Source: Camelus ferus (Eukaryota). From it: a stretch of DNA of 64,000 bases. The stretch spans positions 29,700,001-29,764,000 of the forward strand of contig NC_045696.1 in assembly GCF_009834535.1 (NCBI RefSeq), read 5' to 3'. The notes beneath the pieces were generated by a model that saw nothing but the letters and a program-made list of their open reading frames with translations, searched no databases and was not told where the DNA came from. This document shows positions 1 through 13,620 of this stretch, one piece after another. A program made the translations under genes and the position numbers. Positions within the stretch are counted from its first letter, which is position 1. The number at the start of each line of letters is the position of its first letter.

Positions 1-919
1 AGAAATATATGTGTAGGGTCTCTACTCTGCATGAATTCATTCACTCAAGAAACAAATACTTCCTTATGTAACAGACTCACTAACACACACCAATTCTACT
101 ACATTGCACTACACTGAAAAATCGCAGGACAACATAAAGAAATCTAGTATAAATTACTTGCATCCTTTCATTCTTCATAAGTACTCCTGCAGATTTCTGA
201 TGACTAGGCCAGGAAGAAAAAGAAAAGAAGTGGCTTAGAATCTTGTCAAAAACAATATTAAAGTGAACACTTAATTGTTGATATGACAACCACTCGTATC
301 TGTTCAATCAGGAGTAAGCACTGTTTTTATTGCTACTTCTTGGAAGAAAATCTAAAATGCAGTAAATGCTCTTGAAGTATCTTTTCCTTCTCGGATTGTA
401 CATGAACTTCCCATAAATATTATTCTTTTTTCTCCAAGAAAAGTCATTATAATTGTTTCAATTTAAGGAAATAAATAGTGTAACTATTTCTTCCCATGCT
501 ACTCACTGAATGACTTTTATCTGCCTATAACCAGGCCCCTGCCTTACTTCCCAGGAATCCTGGGACATTTAATGATTCCAGTTTTTCCAATTTGAAGGTA
601 ACAAATTTTGGAAGACTTTTACTATTTCTTTTTTTTTTTTTTACCTTTCACAGTACTTAAATTTAATGGCCCCCAAGATCTACTACTACCTAAATTCAAT
701 CACGTAGTCCTCATTATTAAAAGTGATTTTACTATTAAATGATCACTAGTCTGATGGCTTCATTAGGAAACAACAATGAGCTTCTACTATATTGCCTAAC
801 AGTGTTGGAAAATACCACACATGCACACACAGCCACATACTTTGTTCAAAACCTAAAAACTATTTCTTTTTCTAAAAGAATCCATCACAGTAACAGCTAG
901 AAAAAAATCTTAGGGAAAC

Positions 920-1285
920 ATTAAGGACTAAATGTTTGCGCATCCCCCAAATTCATATATTGACATTCTAACCCCAACTGTGATGGTATTAGGAGGCAGA
1001 GCCTTTGGGATGTGATCAGGAGAGCAGAGCCCTCAAGAATGGGATTACTGTCCTTATAAGAAGAGACTAGAAAGAACTTGCTTCCTTTCCTTCTCTCCTC
1101 TCTCTGCCAGTTGAGGATACAAGAAGAAGACAGGCATTTCCGAACCAGAAAGAGTGTTCACCAGAGAATGAATCTGTTGGTGCTTTGATCTTGGCCTTCC
1201 CAGCCTCCAGAAATGTGAGAAATAAATTTCTCTTGTTTAAGCCACCCAATCTATGGTACTCTCTTATAGCAAACCAAACTGACCA
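920..1285 (+). mobile_element. MaLR solo LTR (MLT1A-like)
   Basis: Typical motifs gtgatggtattaggagg, cttggccttcccagcctccagaaatgtgagaaataaatttc and ttgtttaagccaccc. Confidence 0.85.
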
Positions 1286-4200
1286 AAGCCAGAATCAATC
1301 AGCGAAGCCTACTTAGTCACTGGATGGAGGTCCAGGCCATTAATGATTCAGCAAAGATATCACACATGTAGATACACAAACACACAAACACACACACACA
1401 CACATGCACAGAAAATGCCAAGTGACTGGGACTTAGAAAGTTAAAAAAAAAAAAAAAAGTGGAGCATAGAGTCAACGAAAGTCATACAGCAACCCAATCT
1501 GGTTATTTGTGGCTTGTCCACAATTGTATTATTTCCTAGATTACAATTGAATCTTAATCAAAAGTAAACTAAAATAAAATAAAACCACAATGACATTAAT
1601 AAATAGCAATTAATTAACAACATATCTGTATGAAAACATCTCTTTGAATGCCATAAAGTATCAAGTGCCTAAAACTAATATTTATCCTTGTATTTTCAGC
1701 CTGAAGTTTCCATTAGTGCAAAAATCATTGCTAATAATATATAATAATCAGTAGCATTATAAGTTTTAGAAATATTTTGCTCAATCAAATGTTTCATTTT
1801 TTTTTTTTTGAGCCAAAGAAAAAGTATCGGGACCCAGAGTGAATCACGACATGATAGAGACTGGGTTGTATCTCTAAGTGTAAATTCTGTTTTAAGCTGT
1901 TCCACTCCACTTGAGAAAGAGCAACGACAAAATTCCCAAATGTCAACACAGATGGAAGTTGAGAGGAAAAGCAATGAAATTTAAAATGCAAACTATAACC
2001 CAAAAAAGAAGTACTCTTCCTTTCTCCTTTTTAACACTATGATGACTATCCCCAAAGAAAAGAAATCCCCATTTTCTCCCGTGTTTGTACACAGATATCA
2101 GCACAATGAATGGGAAAACATTTATTTCAACTCAGACATGATAAAAAAAAAGCCATTTTATACACACACAGATGCACACATTTAATACATATGATATATA
2201 CAAATGCATAATACATATTTATAGCATGGCCAGAGTTCTAATTTTAGTTTAGCCCTAAGTCTCTGTCCATATTTATTTCTGAGAACTGCCAGAAAACCTT
2301 GACATTATTATATAGATATTTCAAAAGCTACCTTGGTATAAGTCATCAGTGGCAATGATGAGAGAACAATGGCTTTCTCTTACACACCTCTGTTTACCAG
2401 ACTTTCCCATTAAAAACCTAAATCCCTCAAGAGGATGTCATTATTTCAGAATTTGAACCCCTAAGCAGCTTTAAGAACCTCAGCTGAGAATGCTGTCTTA
2501 TCTCGAGCCAAAATCAAGCTTAATTCATGATCCTTTGCGAAGGCAATCCAGGTAATTTGTTTCATTCACTTTTAAGATAACACCTTAAAAAAAGGAATTT
2601 GCTGCCTATTAAATGAAACAATAGCTTTTAAATAGTCTTTTATTCTAGCATGAATTCTGTGGTTCAAGAAAATTCTGTGGATGACTTTAAAAGTTCAGAT
2701 GGAAAGTTAGAACTCTATTCATTAAGAAAGCAAAGTCTGGTTTACAATCTAGAAAACTAAGGTTTGCAATAAAATTAAAAACAAGGTTATGTCATCTTCT
2801 CAGTAACAGAAATGAAACAATAATTTTGTGTACCACAGTGATATCAACAAATAGAAGGCACAGGTGTCTCAGCATTTGCTATGCAGTAAACACACCCAAA
2901 AAGGCATTCCTAGGAAATCTATATAGAATTTTAACAGTGAAGGTGAATGAAGCCGGCAAGGATAGAAATTACTAGTGGCCTGGCTGTAAAAGCACGTTGG
3001 GCCTGAGGCAAAAGGAGTTTTTTAAATAGGAGAATGTTCTGAAATAGAAAGCATGTTAAACAGAATTGCCCGAGGTCTGTTAGGAAATGAAAAATTACAC
3101 TAACTGCATTGGGAACAGCAACCTGATAAAAGCACAATGCACAAATTACAATCTTCTTCACAAGTAGCATTAGACACGAGAAAGATTAAGCTGTATGTGA
3201 GAAAGGTTTTGCCCACCACAGGCCACTACATGATAGAAGAATTACTTTCAAGCGTTTCTAGGGACCCTCCAACAACTATGGTAATAAATATTTCTGTATT
3301 TCTAATATCACAGAACAAGCTGGACTAGACCCCCCAGTCAGTACCTATTTGCAAAGCACCCCTTCAGGGCAAACCTCTTCTCTGAACTCTATGGAAAGCA
3401 CCTAAAAGACAATAACATGTTCCCTAAATATATTCTTCTCTTCTTAAATTCACAGCACACACCCAGCATTGTGGGGATACTAAATGAGTCAGCATGTAGT
3501 GAGCAGCTACAGTGTGGAAAACACAAGACTAAAAAGAGAAGGAAAATGGCACCCCATAGGAAGAATCTGATGGACTGCTCATGAAGGCAAATACTTTTAT
3601 AAACAGTGATGGTTTTAGCTATTATTACAAAGATAACTATTAAGTATGCAAAGTGAGTAGGTGCAAAATGAATCAAAAAGTCTAAACTGAAGAAATTATC
3701 ATCTAAAGGAAATAAAAGCAAGTTATGAAGTAAAGGTCATAAAACATAAGGTACACATATGTTTGTGCACACACACACACTCAAACTATTGTCAACAGTT
3801 TGATGAGTGATCAAGGAGCATCCTTCCAACCCTCCTCTCTTATAAAAGCTGAGACCAACTCAGGAATAATGCAAGTCATAATGAGTCGCTGCACGTAGCA
3901 AGATTCTTGGGACAAGGCAGTTAGGAACAGCTGTCACTTGGGCTGAGTCAAAGTGAGGTTGGCATATCCCGAAAGGTCTAGGACTATTAGAGCATAGAGC
4001 AGCCACCTGATCTCAGTTACTTTATTGAGAAAGACCACATTTACTTTGGCTGACCCATGTTTTTATTTTGTTTTGTGTTTGTTTTTGCTTCATGGGACAG
4101 ATGTAATGCATGCAGCATATGAAAATATGACATAAATACGAATCAACTAAATGAAAAGGGCAGTGTGGACAAATAAATGGGGGAAAATGTGGCTACCTAG

Positions 4201-4376
4201 ACACCTCCAGGCTAATGAAGTATGTGGCATATCTCCATGTCTACATTTAAGATGCCATCCATTTCTCTCTTTTCAAGTCTAAAATAAGTCACCAGGCAAT
4301 CATTCCTGACTCTCTCAGGCAAAATCAGAAGCTCTATGGATCTACTTACCTCTGTTATCAAGGCTAATTAAACTAT

Positions 4377-4425
4377 TCTCTCTCTCTCTCTCTCTCTCTC
4401 CCCCCTCCCCCTCCCCCCTCCCCTT
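4377..4425. repeat. (TC)n followed by C-run repeats (polypyrimidine tract)
   Basis: Seen directly. Confidence 0.9.
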
Positions 4426-4497
4426 AATCTTCCCCTTCAATGTCTTTATGGGTCATATCAACTTTTTTATAAAGCTCCTCACTGAAATATACAATCT

Positions 4498-4814
4498 AAG
4501 GCTGCACTCTCTTACATGGTAGCCACTAGCCACATGTGGTTACTGAGCACTTGAAATATGGCTGGTCTCAATTGAGATGTGCTGTAAGTGCAAAATTCAC
4601 ATCAGATTCCAAAGACTGAGTATGAAAAACAAATGTAAAATATCTCATGAGTAATTTTTTAATGCTGAAAAAGTAATAGTTTTTAATACACTGGTTTAAA
4701 TAGCATATATTATAAAACTAATTTTATCTGTTTCTTTTTAATTTTTTAATGTGGCTAATAGAAAATTTAAAATTATATACGTGGCTCATATTATATGTCT
4801 ATGGGATAGTGCTG
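4498..4814 (-). mobile_element. hAT-Charlie MITE (MER33/MER3-like)
   Basis: ggtagccactagccacatgtggttactgagcacttgaaatatggct...gtggctaatagaaaatttaaaattat...gtggctc. Confidence 0.8.
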
Positions 4815-5188
4815 ATCTAGCTGATACACTTAGGGTGAGGCCAGGCAGAGGCACTCAGCATTCATTTGTATTTCTGCAAACTTCCTGACTGGGTGATAAT
4901 AGTCAAAATGTCCCCCTGACTCATTCAGGAATAAGTGTCCTTGCCTTACTCAGGAATTGCCTCATTGCCTCTAAAAATAGTCCACAATCCCTTCCAAAAT
5001 GGGCTTATCTGCTATAAAGAAACATACTGATGTTATCAAATATGACTTATAAACTATTTTTGAGACTTCAGTCCTTACACAATGTGGCAACTCTTACATA
5101 AGCACACGTTGCAACTGACTCACTTTTGCAAATAAACTTCCACTTAAAAGCAACGAAAGCATGTAAAGGTCAAAAATAACTTATTATG

Positions 5189-5519
5189 CAGTCATCCCTC
5201 AGTATCCGTGGGGGATTGGTTCCAGGACCCCTCTTCCTGCAGGTACCAAAACCCATAGATGCTCCAGTCCTTCATGTAAGATGTCATAGCACATAGTATG
5301 TACATGTAGCCTACACACATCCTCCCATATACTTGAAATTATCTCTAGGTTATTTATAATACCTAATACAATGTAAATGCTGTGTAAATATCTGCCAGTG
5401 CAAAGCAAATTCAAGTTCTACTTTGGGGAACTTTCTGGAATTTTTTATTTCCAAATATTTTCAATCCATGGTTGGTTAAATCCTCAGATGCAGAACTCAC
5501 AGATTCATAGGGCCAATTG
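5189..5519 (+). mobile_element. TcMar-Tigger MITE (MER2-like)
   Basis: Starts cagtcatccctcagtatccgtgggggattggttccaggacccc and ends gggccaattg followed by TA. Confidence 0.85.
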
Positions 5520-6237
5520 TAGTTTTAATAAAGATTAGTGTATTAGCTACCATATTTTTGACTCTTTCCAAAAAAAGTCTCATAGACTCTGTTCACATTC
5601 TTCAAGACCCAGTCCTTCTTTTACAGAGAATTAATTTTTAGAATTCAAAGCAATTCAAATGAACTCCTTCGTGCTACACACTCCCCTTCCTTTACAGAAT
5701 AGGATACACTTTCATCTGTTTTACAGTGAATTTTATGCACAAATATCCACTATAACTGTGTTTTCTTGTCCATCTCCCCAGTTAGAGCTCCCATCAGGCA
5801 GGAAACTTATATTTGTTCTGCTATCACACAGAAAAATGCCTGGGACAAAGAGGAAGTCAAAAATCGATTTGTTAAATAGCAAATTAAGGAAAGAGTCTGT
5901 GACTCGGACAACTGTGTACTCCCCGGAACACCATGTGTGGAGAGTAATTTACTCTATGGGATCACTTTCTCTATCTTATAAGACTCATATGCAACAGTAA
6001 AACAGTGAATCTGTAAGAAAAGTAACTTTAATACTAAAAAATCTTCTTTTACCTAAAATAAGTTAGAAAATCATTGTGACCATTAAAAAATTAAATAATC
6101 CCAGTTAACTATACTAGTATATATGGATTAGTTATACCAGTATCTATGTATTTATATGTATATATATTAAAAAATTGGAATATTTACTTATAATTAATTT
6201 GGCCCATTATTAACTCAGCTTTGGGACCATGCCCTGA

Positions 6238-6320
6238 TGTGATACTCAAAATATCATCTGGGAAACAGCAGCATTAGCATCACCTGGGAGCTTCTTAAAA
6301 CTGCAGAATCTCAAACCTAA
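6238..6320 (+). mobile_element. MER5A-like fragment
   Basis: cagcagcattagcatcacctgggagctt...tgcagaatctca. Confidence 0.65.
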
Positions 6321-7419
6321 GGCACATAAAATGATGTACATATAAATTGTAATAAAAATTGTTACTGTGATGATGATGATGATAACCTATTATCAGTAGA
6401 GCTAGCAGACGTCTCTTTTGGATGTTTAGTGCCTTAGACTCATCACAACTAGTAATTATTGTAGCATGAACACATCCTCAAAAGTTCCACTTTACTTTTC
6501 TGTTTGAAGTAGGTAAATTTTTAGCTCTCTTATTCATAAACTTTCCAGATTTCACCAAATAAATGTACTAACAACTTTCATCTCATAATATCTAACCAAT
6601 TTGGTTGGGAAATTGACATGTTCTGATTTCTAATTATTAATAGCACAATGAATCCTGACAAACATCAAAGTAAATATTAAGATTCAAATAAAACCAAAGG
6701 CTAATTTCAGGTAGATAAAAAGCAACTAATCTTGGGAAATACTAAATTACCTTAGATAAGATTAAACAAATTCATTCCTACAAGTGAGAGTATAACAAAA
6801 ATCTTTCGAGATTTATTTGTTGTTTAAGTTAAATAAACAAACACGTTGAAAGAATGAAATACTGTTTTTCAAAGCAGTATTTTTTTATAATGTAGAACTG
6901 GAGAATATATGCTAAAATGAGTGGGGTTCTAAGTAAAGGACATGAAACAAGAAAAACCTTGAAAAGTCAAATTAAAATTACAAATTCAATCTATGCAGAT
7001 TAATATCTATTATGTTTGAATATAAATCAAAACAGTGCTATCACATGATAAAAATATGCAAATAAAAAACTGGAAAACTCTCAAATAACTACTTGAGAAT
7101 AAATTATTGTGTCTTTTACAAATTATTTTTCCCCTGCTTCTTAAAGTTTATGGGGGCTGCCTTATGATAATAACTAACGTTAAAATAAGATCTCAGAAAT
7201 TTAAAAAAAAACAAAAACCTGACAGGCTAATTAGTTCTCTCTTCTTTCAATAAACTATAATATACTTAAAATTGTCATTGTTCATCTATTCCAGTGAGAC
7301 CTGACTAAACACTAATTTATTCTTGGCCAAGTGGCTCCCCAATAAAAGTCTGTCACAGTTTATGATCTTAAAAAAGAATCAAACATTCTTAGGCAATAAA
7401 AAAAAAAAAAAAAAACTTC

Positions 7420-8750
7420 GACTTAAACCTTAAGCAAAAATCAACTCAAAATGGATCATAGACTTAAATGTAAAATGTAAAACAATAAAACTTCTAGGAG
7501 AAAACGTTACAGGAAATCTTCAGATCCTAGAGCTAGACAAAGAGCTCTCCTACGTGACAACAAAGGCACAATCCATACAACAAAAACATCAATAAACTGG
7601 ACTTCATCAAATCTTAAAACTTTTGTTCTATGAAAGACCCTGTTAAAAAGATGAAAAGGCAAACTACAATAGGATAAAATATTTGCAAAACAAATATCTG
7701 ACAAAGGACTTGTCTCTAGAATACACACATAAAGAAGTCTCAAGACTCAAAGGTAAAAAAAAGAAAAATCAATCCAGTGAGAAAATGGACAAAAGACATG
7801 AAGAGCTATTTCACCAAAGAGGATATACAGATGGCAAGTAACACTGTAAAATACTTTCAACATAATTAACTATTAGAAAAATGCAAATTAAAACCACAAT
7901 GGCCTATCACTACATACCTATTATAACAACTAACATTAAAAAAAGTGTAATAACAAATGCTGGGAAGGATGTAAATAAGCTAGATCCCTCGTACATTCCT
8001 GGTGGGAATGCAAAATGGTACAGATACCATGAAAAATAGTTTGGTTGTTTCTTACAAAACTAGACATACACTTGTCATAGGACCCAACAATTACTCTCCT
8101 AGCTATTTCTCCCAAAGAAATAACACCCACATATAAGTACCCAAACCTTAGCTTTATTGCAGTATTTTTAATAGCCAAAAACTGGAAACAATCCAGTTGT
8201 CCTTCAATAGGTGAATGACTAAACAGACTGTGGTACAGCTATTCAATGGAATACTATTAAGTAACAAAATGGAACAAACTATTGATATATGTAACTTGAA
8301 TAGATCTCAAAGGCAATTTCTGAGTGAAGGGGAAAAAAAGCCAATCTCCGAAGATTACATGTTCTATGATTTGATTTATATAACATTCAAAAATTAAAAA
8401 ATTATAGAGATGTAAAATAGATCAGTAATTGCCAGAGTTTAGGGATGAGAGAGTGGGAACAGTATAAAGGAATAAAGAGTTTCTTTGTGGTGAAGGAACA
8501 GTTGTGTATTGTCATTGTAGTGGCAGTTAAAATAATATATACTTGTGATAAAACTGCAAAGAAGTACATGTAAAAACTGTTGAAATCTGAATGAGGTCTG
8601 CAGATTGTATCAATGTCAATTTCCTGGTTTAGACACTGCAATACAGTTAAGCAAGATATTACCCCTTGGGCAAGCTTGGCTAAGAGTACAAAAAGCCTTC
8701 TCTGCACTATTTCTGCAACCTCCTGTGGTCTTTAATTATTTCAAAATATT
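7420..8750 (+). mobile_element. Old L1M (L1MC/MD-like) ORF2 3' region and 3' UTR
   Basis: aactcaaaatggatcatagacttaaatgtaaa, atgcaaattaaaaccacaatg and tagccaaaaactggaaacaa. The reading frame is decayed. Confidence 0.88.
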
Positions 8751-9943
8751 TTTTTTAATCTAGTCTAACCCAACTTGAAATTCTCTAAATTCACTGTATT
8801 TTTAAAGGTCTTCTAACTTTAAAGACACTTTAAACCTGCTACAATCAAACTTCAGTTTTGGTAACACTCTTGTTTCTCTGTATTTCCTGTTTATGTGTCA
8901 TATTTGTGAGTAGAGGTTCACCTAATACTTCATGGATTGCAGACAGTTTTCAATAAAAGGCAGCTTAGGGAAGTGAAGCAAAAAGAGACCCATTAGCTTC
9001 ACTACGGTCCAATCACTAACAAGCACAACTTAACCAAAATAGCTCTGCCAACTGTAATGGTCAAAAGAATGGAAGACTCCCACAAGTAAACCAAAAAAAT
9101 GTACAAATAAGCAAACAAAAGTATCAGAAATTATTAATGCTGAAAGATAAGAACTGGAGGGGAAAAAATTTGGAAATGATGAACATGAATTTGTGATTCT
9201 CCAGAATCCTGGAATAATAACCAATTCTCTTAAGATTGTAAAACAATGAAAATAGCAATGATAATTCACACATTAGTTACTCATGACCTCCAAAAAGGAA
9301 CTAAAATGATCATGGACAACAGACCTATAATCTCTTAAGAAAAAAAAACTAATATGACCCCAGACATATCACTGATCTATTCTGACATCAAAGAGGAATC
9401 ATATTCTTCCACAAATTGCTCTTTAGTCTATTGTCAAAGAGGAAACAATGAACTTGAATGGTGAAAAATCTTCTATTTATATGATAAGTCTGTAGCTGAT
9501 ATGTTCTGAAAAACAAAATTTACACAACTTAAAGCTTTAAAAAAAAAAGAATAGAAAGGCATAATGTTAAAGCCTATAAACTTGTATGCAGTTAGGTAAC
9601 AAAAGATAAGTCATGTTTTAAAGACTAAGCATTAATTAATTGACATCTTAAGTTAGTTCTTTTTTATTCTTTCTAGCCCTATAAATATCTTAGAGACAAA
9701 GCAGATTTTTGAATGAGCCCAAGAGAATATGGAAAAATTATTAGTTACTGAAGAACTAATTTCCTCTCCACACATTCTCATATTTTTTTTTAAAATAAAA
9801 TAACTATTAAATTAAAAAGAGAAAACAGTGGTGCTCCCCAACTCATTGGGCCAGACCAGGTGGCTAACTTTGGACTAAAGTAGGTGAAAGTTTCTGTATT
9901 TTCCCCCAAGAACAGAATCCAGAACAATAGAGATCAAGTATAG

Positions 9944-10108
<165 letters not shown>

Positions 10109-10299
10109 TGAAAGAGCCCAGAGAAGGCAAAAAGATATTTCTCAGGAAGATGTGCACAATGGAAAGCCTTGACTATGAGGCTTACTTTCAGCTGAGGATG
10201 GGCCATGCCATGGGATAGCTCTGGTCAGCAATTTGTAAACTGAAAGAACTCAATGGAGTTTACGGTAAACTTACATATGCTTGGTTAAAATGGACATGG

Positions 10300-10550
10300 T
10301 GAGTTGGCTCGTCCTCCTGGTAGGAAGACAGATGTGAGCCCTAAATATGCTTCTAAGCATCAGAATAAAGACCACGTGCTAAGAATAGTAGAGCCGAAAG
10401 ATAGATAAAGCGTCAATACTGAGGCCCAAATCACTCACCTTCACTTTCTTTGTGAGAAATACAAACCTCTATTTCAATAACTCACAGTTTGTGGGATATT
10501 CTTTGAGGGTGTGTTCAGTTTTTGTTACATACATCTAAATGCGTAACTGA
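10300..10550 (+). mobile_element. Ancient MaLR (MLT1-type) LTR remnant
   Basis: Degenerate 3' motifs tgtgagaaatacaaacc...tttgttac...taactgat. Confidence 0.4.
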
Positions 10551-11469
10551 TTTTATCATGTTCAGTAACAGAGAATGTAGCTGTATTACACAGTTATTCA
10601 TAATTAAATACAATCTGTGGCTAGTTGTTTATCAATAATGAAATAAAAATAAGTTATATTGATATTGAGCAACATATGATTTTTTAATAAAAGAATTATT
10701 TCTCATTTGCTAAGTATTTGGAAAACTTCAAGATTACCTATACAAAGAAATATATTTGCAGATTTGGTTTCTGATTATCACATTTTAGATTACAGACTTA
10801 GGGCATACACCCAGAAACTGTGTCTAATTGTTATTTATTGTTCAATGGATCATTTTAAGACATTTTGAAAACGAGAAGTCAGGACCTCTTGCGCATCACT
10901 GTAAAGAATTCAGAGGTGACTCTGAACTTAGGACATAAATATTTCATTCCTTTTTTTTTTTAATGCATCTCATTGCAAAATCAGACATATTGAAAATAAC
11001 TGAAATCACCAAATAAAAAAAGAGAAAAAAGACAAGGCAAGACAGAGGATTTAAATTTTTTTCTTATTAATGGATCATATGTTCAAACTTCACTAGATAA
11101 TTCTTCCATTTGCAAACTTTTAAACTGCTATTACAATTTTTTTCTTCTTATTTTCAAAGTCATTCCTGCTATTAGTAAACTCGGTATGATCGTTTCCTCC
11201 AACCACCATCCAGAGTTCAGGAGGAAGAAAATCCCTGCAGCTGTTTGATGCCCAAGAATATGAACACTTAGCAGTCAGATGAAAGAAGAGAAAAGACAGA
11301 AAAGGAAGATCAAGAGACAAGTGATTCTGGGTTTCTGCGAGCTAGCATTTACTGCTCTCAATAAAGGGAGCTTTGTGCTCATTACATCCCAGAACTCATC
11401 GTGCCTTCAACTTGTAGCAAACTTGCAATTGCCTTATCATTTCCCCTCCAAATCAAGGATCAAAGTTTA

Positions 11470-11603
11470 TATATATATTTTTATTGAAGTATAGTCAGTT
11501 TACAATTTGTGTCAATTTCTGGTGTATAGCATAATGCTTCAGTCATACATGAACATACATATATTCGTTTTCATATTCTTTTTCACCACAAGTTACTACA
11601 TGA
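11470..11603 (-). mobile_element. Heavily 5'-truncated young L1 3' UTR insertion (~130 bp) with TSD
   Basis: Its reverse complement is near-identical to 13224-13350. Flanked by ATCAAAGTTTA at 11459-11469 and 11604-11614. Confidence 0.88.
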
Positions 11604-11894
11604 ATCAAAGTTTAAACATATTATTTTCTTTCTCTATTAGATTATGATTAAAAAGACCACCTCCTCACCTCATTCACACAGTCACACTACTAGAAAAGAG
11701 AAGGAACCCCTTAAAGACGTTGTTAAGCAGCAAAATGAAGAGTGGTGGGGAATTTCTGGTCAGATAATTTATCTGATGGCTGATTTCAGGATACAGAATT
11801 AAAGAAGCAGACAATAATAAAATCTTCTGAAAATAATATGTTAGTAAATATTTAAGATGACAAGTTAGTTTGCTAATAATATTATGGTTATTAA

Positions 11895-12090
11895 ATAACT
11901 ATTGTAATTTACTGAGCATCTTTACATATATTTCTCTTCCTCAAGACATCCCTACAAGGTGGGTCCAATCCGTATTTTACTGAGGAAGAAACTGAGGTTC
12001 ACAGAGGTTGACTAATTTGCCCTTGTATTCAAAGCTATTTAGCATCACGACAGCTAAAATTCAAGCTTCATCTTGCTCTTGTACTTTGCA
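11895..12090 (-). mobile_element. MIR SINE
   Basis: Core motif attttactgaggaagaaactgaggttcacagaggttgactaatttgccc. Confidence 0.75.
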
Positions 12091-12708
12091 ACATGGACAC
12101 TCAGCCATATGTTTATTTTTTTTCCATTTTACATGTGAAGAAACTAAATATAAGATCTAAACTATTATGATCTTTTAAACATTAAAAATCAATAGGTTAC
12201 TCCCATAACTTAAACAACGTCAACTGTGTAAGAAATTAATGAACATAGGTTGTATAACAGCATACATTTAATGGGCACTTTTGCCTCCTGTCAATGTACT
12301 GGGTTCCTGTTACTCTAAAAGCAAAACAGAATAGGGCTGCTTTTGGACACTAAGCACAAAAAAAATCTGGATTCCAAACAGTAGTGAGCATCCACCGATG
12401 AGCAGACATCACCACAAGAAGAGAATCTACTCTTCAATAAAACAATAAACTTACTTTAGAATGAAAAGTATCTGATAGCAGCAATTCTCTTCAATGAAAA
12501 CACTTTCATGTTTTCCCTTAATATCTATAAATGTACAATAGAAGTTTAGTACATGCTTTTAAATAATACTAGGATGACACACTCATCAATCTAAAACTAT
12601 AGCACATTTCACAGGATCTGTGTTACCATCTCACTGACTAACTAGAGTCAGCCTGGTGGGAGCCAGACTGAATCTTCTAAGAAGTTACCACTTTAAGAGT
12701 CATTTCTC

Positions 12709-12802
12709 AAGACTGTACTTTCAGGGATCATTTCTATAGTTCTTTACTAGAGAAGATTTTCTGAACGTGTAGAGCATCTGAAACCAAGAGGAGGAGGCAT
12801 AG
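12709..12802 (+). pseudogene. SNORD3 (U3) pseudogene: U3 snoRNA 5' fragment (nt 1-94), retroposed; 5' part of a U3-L1 chimera
   Basis: AAGACTGTACTTTCAGGGATCATTTCTATAG...CTGAACGTGTAGAGCA...GAAACCAAGAGGAGGAGGCATAG aligns without gaps to the recalled vertebrate U3 5' end (AAGACTATACTTTCAGGGATCATTTCTATAG...). It starts exactly at U3 nt 1 and lacks boxes B, C and D. Confidence 0.93.
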
Positions 12803-13542
12803 AAAACAAACTCATGGAAACAACCTAAATGTCCATTGACAGATGACTGGATAAAGAAATTGTGGTATATTTACACAATGGAATACTACCCAGCCATAAA
12901 AAGAATAAAATAATGCCATTTGCAGCAACATGGATGGGCCTGGAGAATGTCATTTTAAGTGATGTAAGCCAGAAGGAGAAAGAAAAATACCATATGATAT
13001 CACTTATATGTGGAATCTTAAAAAAAAAAAAAAAAAAAAGACAAACTTATCTACAAAACAGAAACAGATTCACAGACATAGAAAACAAACTTACGGTTAC
13101 CAGGGGAGGAAAGGGGTGGGAAGAGATAAATTGGGAGATTGAGATTTGCAGATACTAACCACTATATATAAAGTAGATAAACAAGTTTCTACTGTGTAGC
13201 ACAGAGAACTATATTCAATATCTTGTAGTAACTTATGGTTAAAAAGAATATAAAAACGAATATATGTATGTTCCTATATGACTGAAGTATTGTGCTGTAT
13301 ACCAGAAATTGACACAACATTGTAAACTGACTATACTTCAATAAAAATATTTTTAAAAAAGAAAGAAAACAAACTCACAGTCATCAGTGCAGGGAGGTGG
13401 GAAGGGATAAATTGGGAGTTTGAGATTTGTAGATACTATCACACATAAAATAGACAAACAACAAGTTTCTACTGTATAGCACAGGGAACCAAATCCAGTA
13501 TCTTGTGGTAACCTATAATGAAAAAGAATATGAAAAGGAATA

Positions 13543-13620
<78 letters not shown>

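Noticed and set aside
12709..12802. Functional U3 snoRNA gene
   Set aside because: Truncated at nt 94 without boxes B, C and D, fused to L1 and flanked by a TSD, with no promoter evident.
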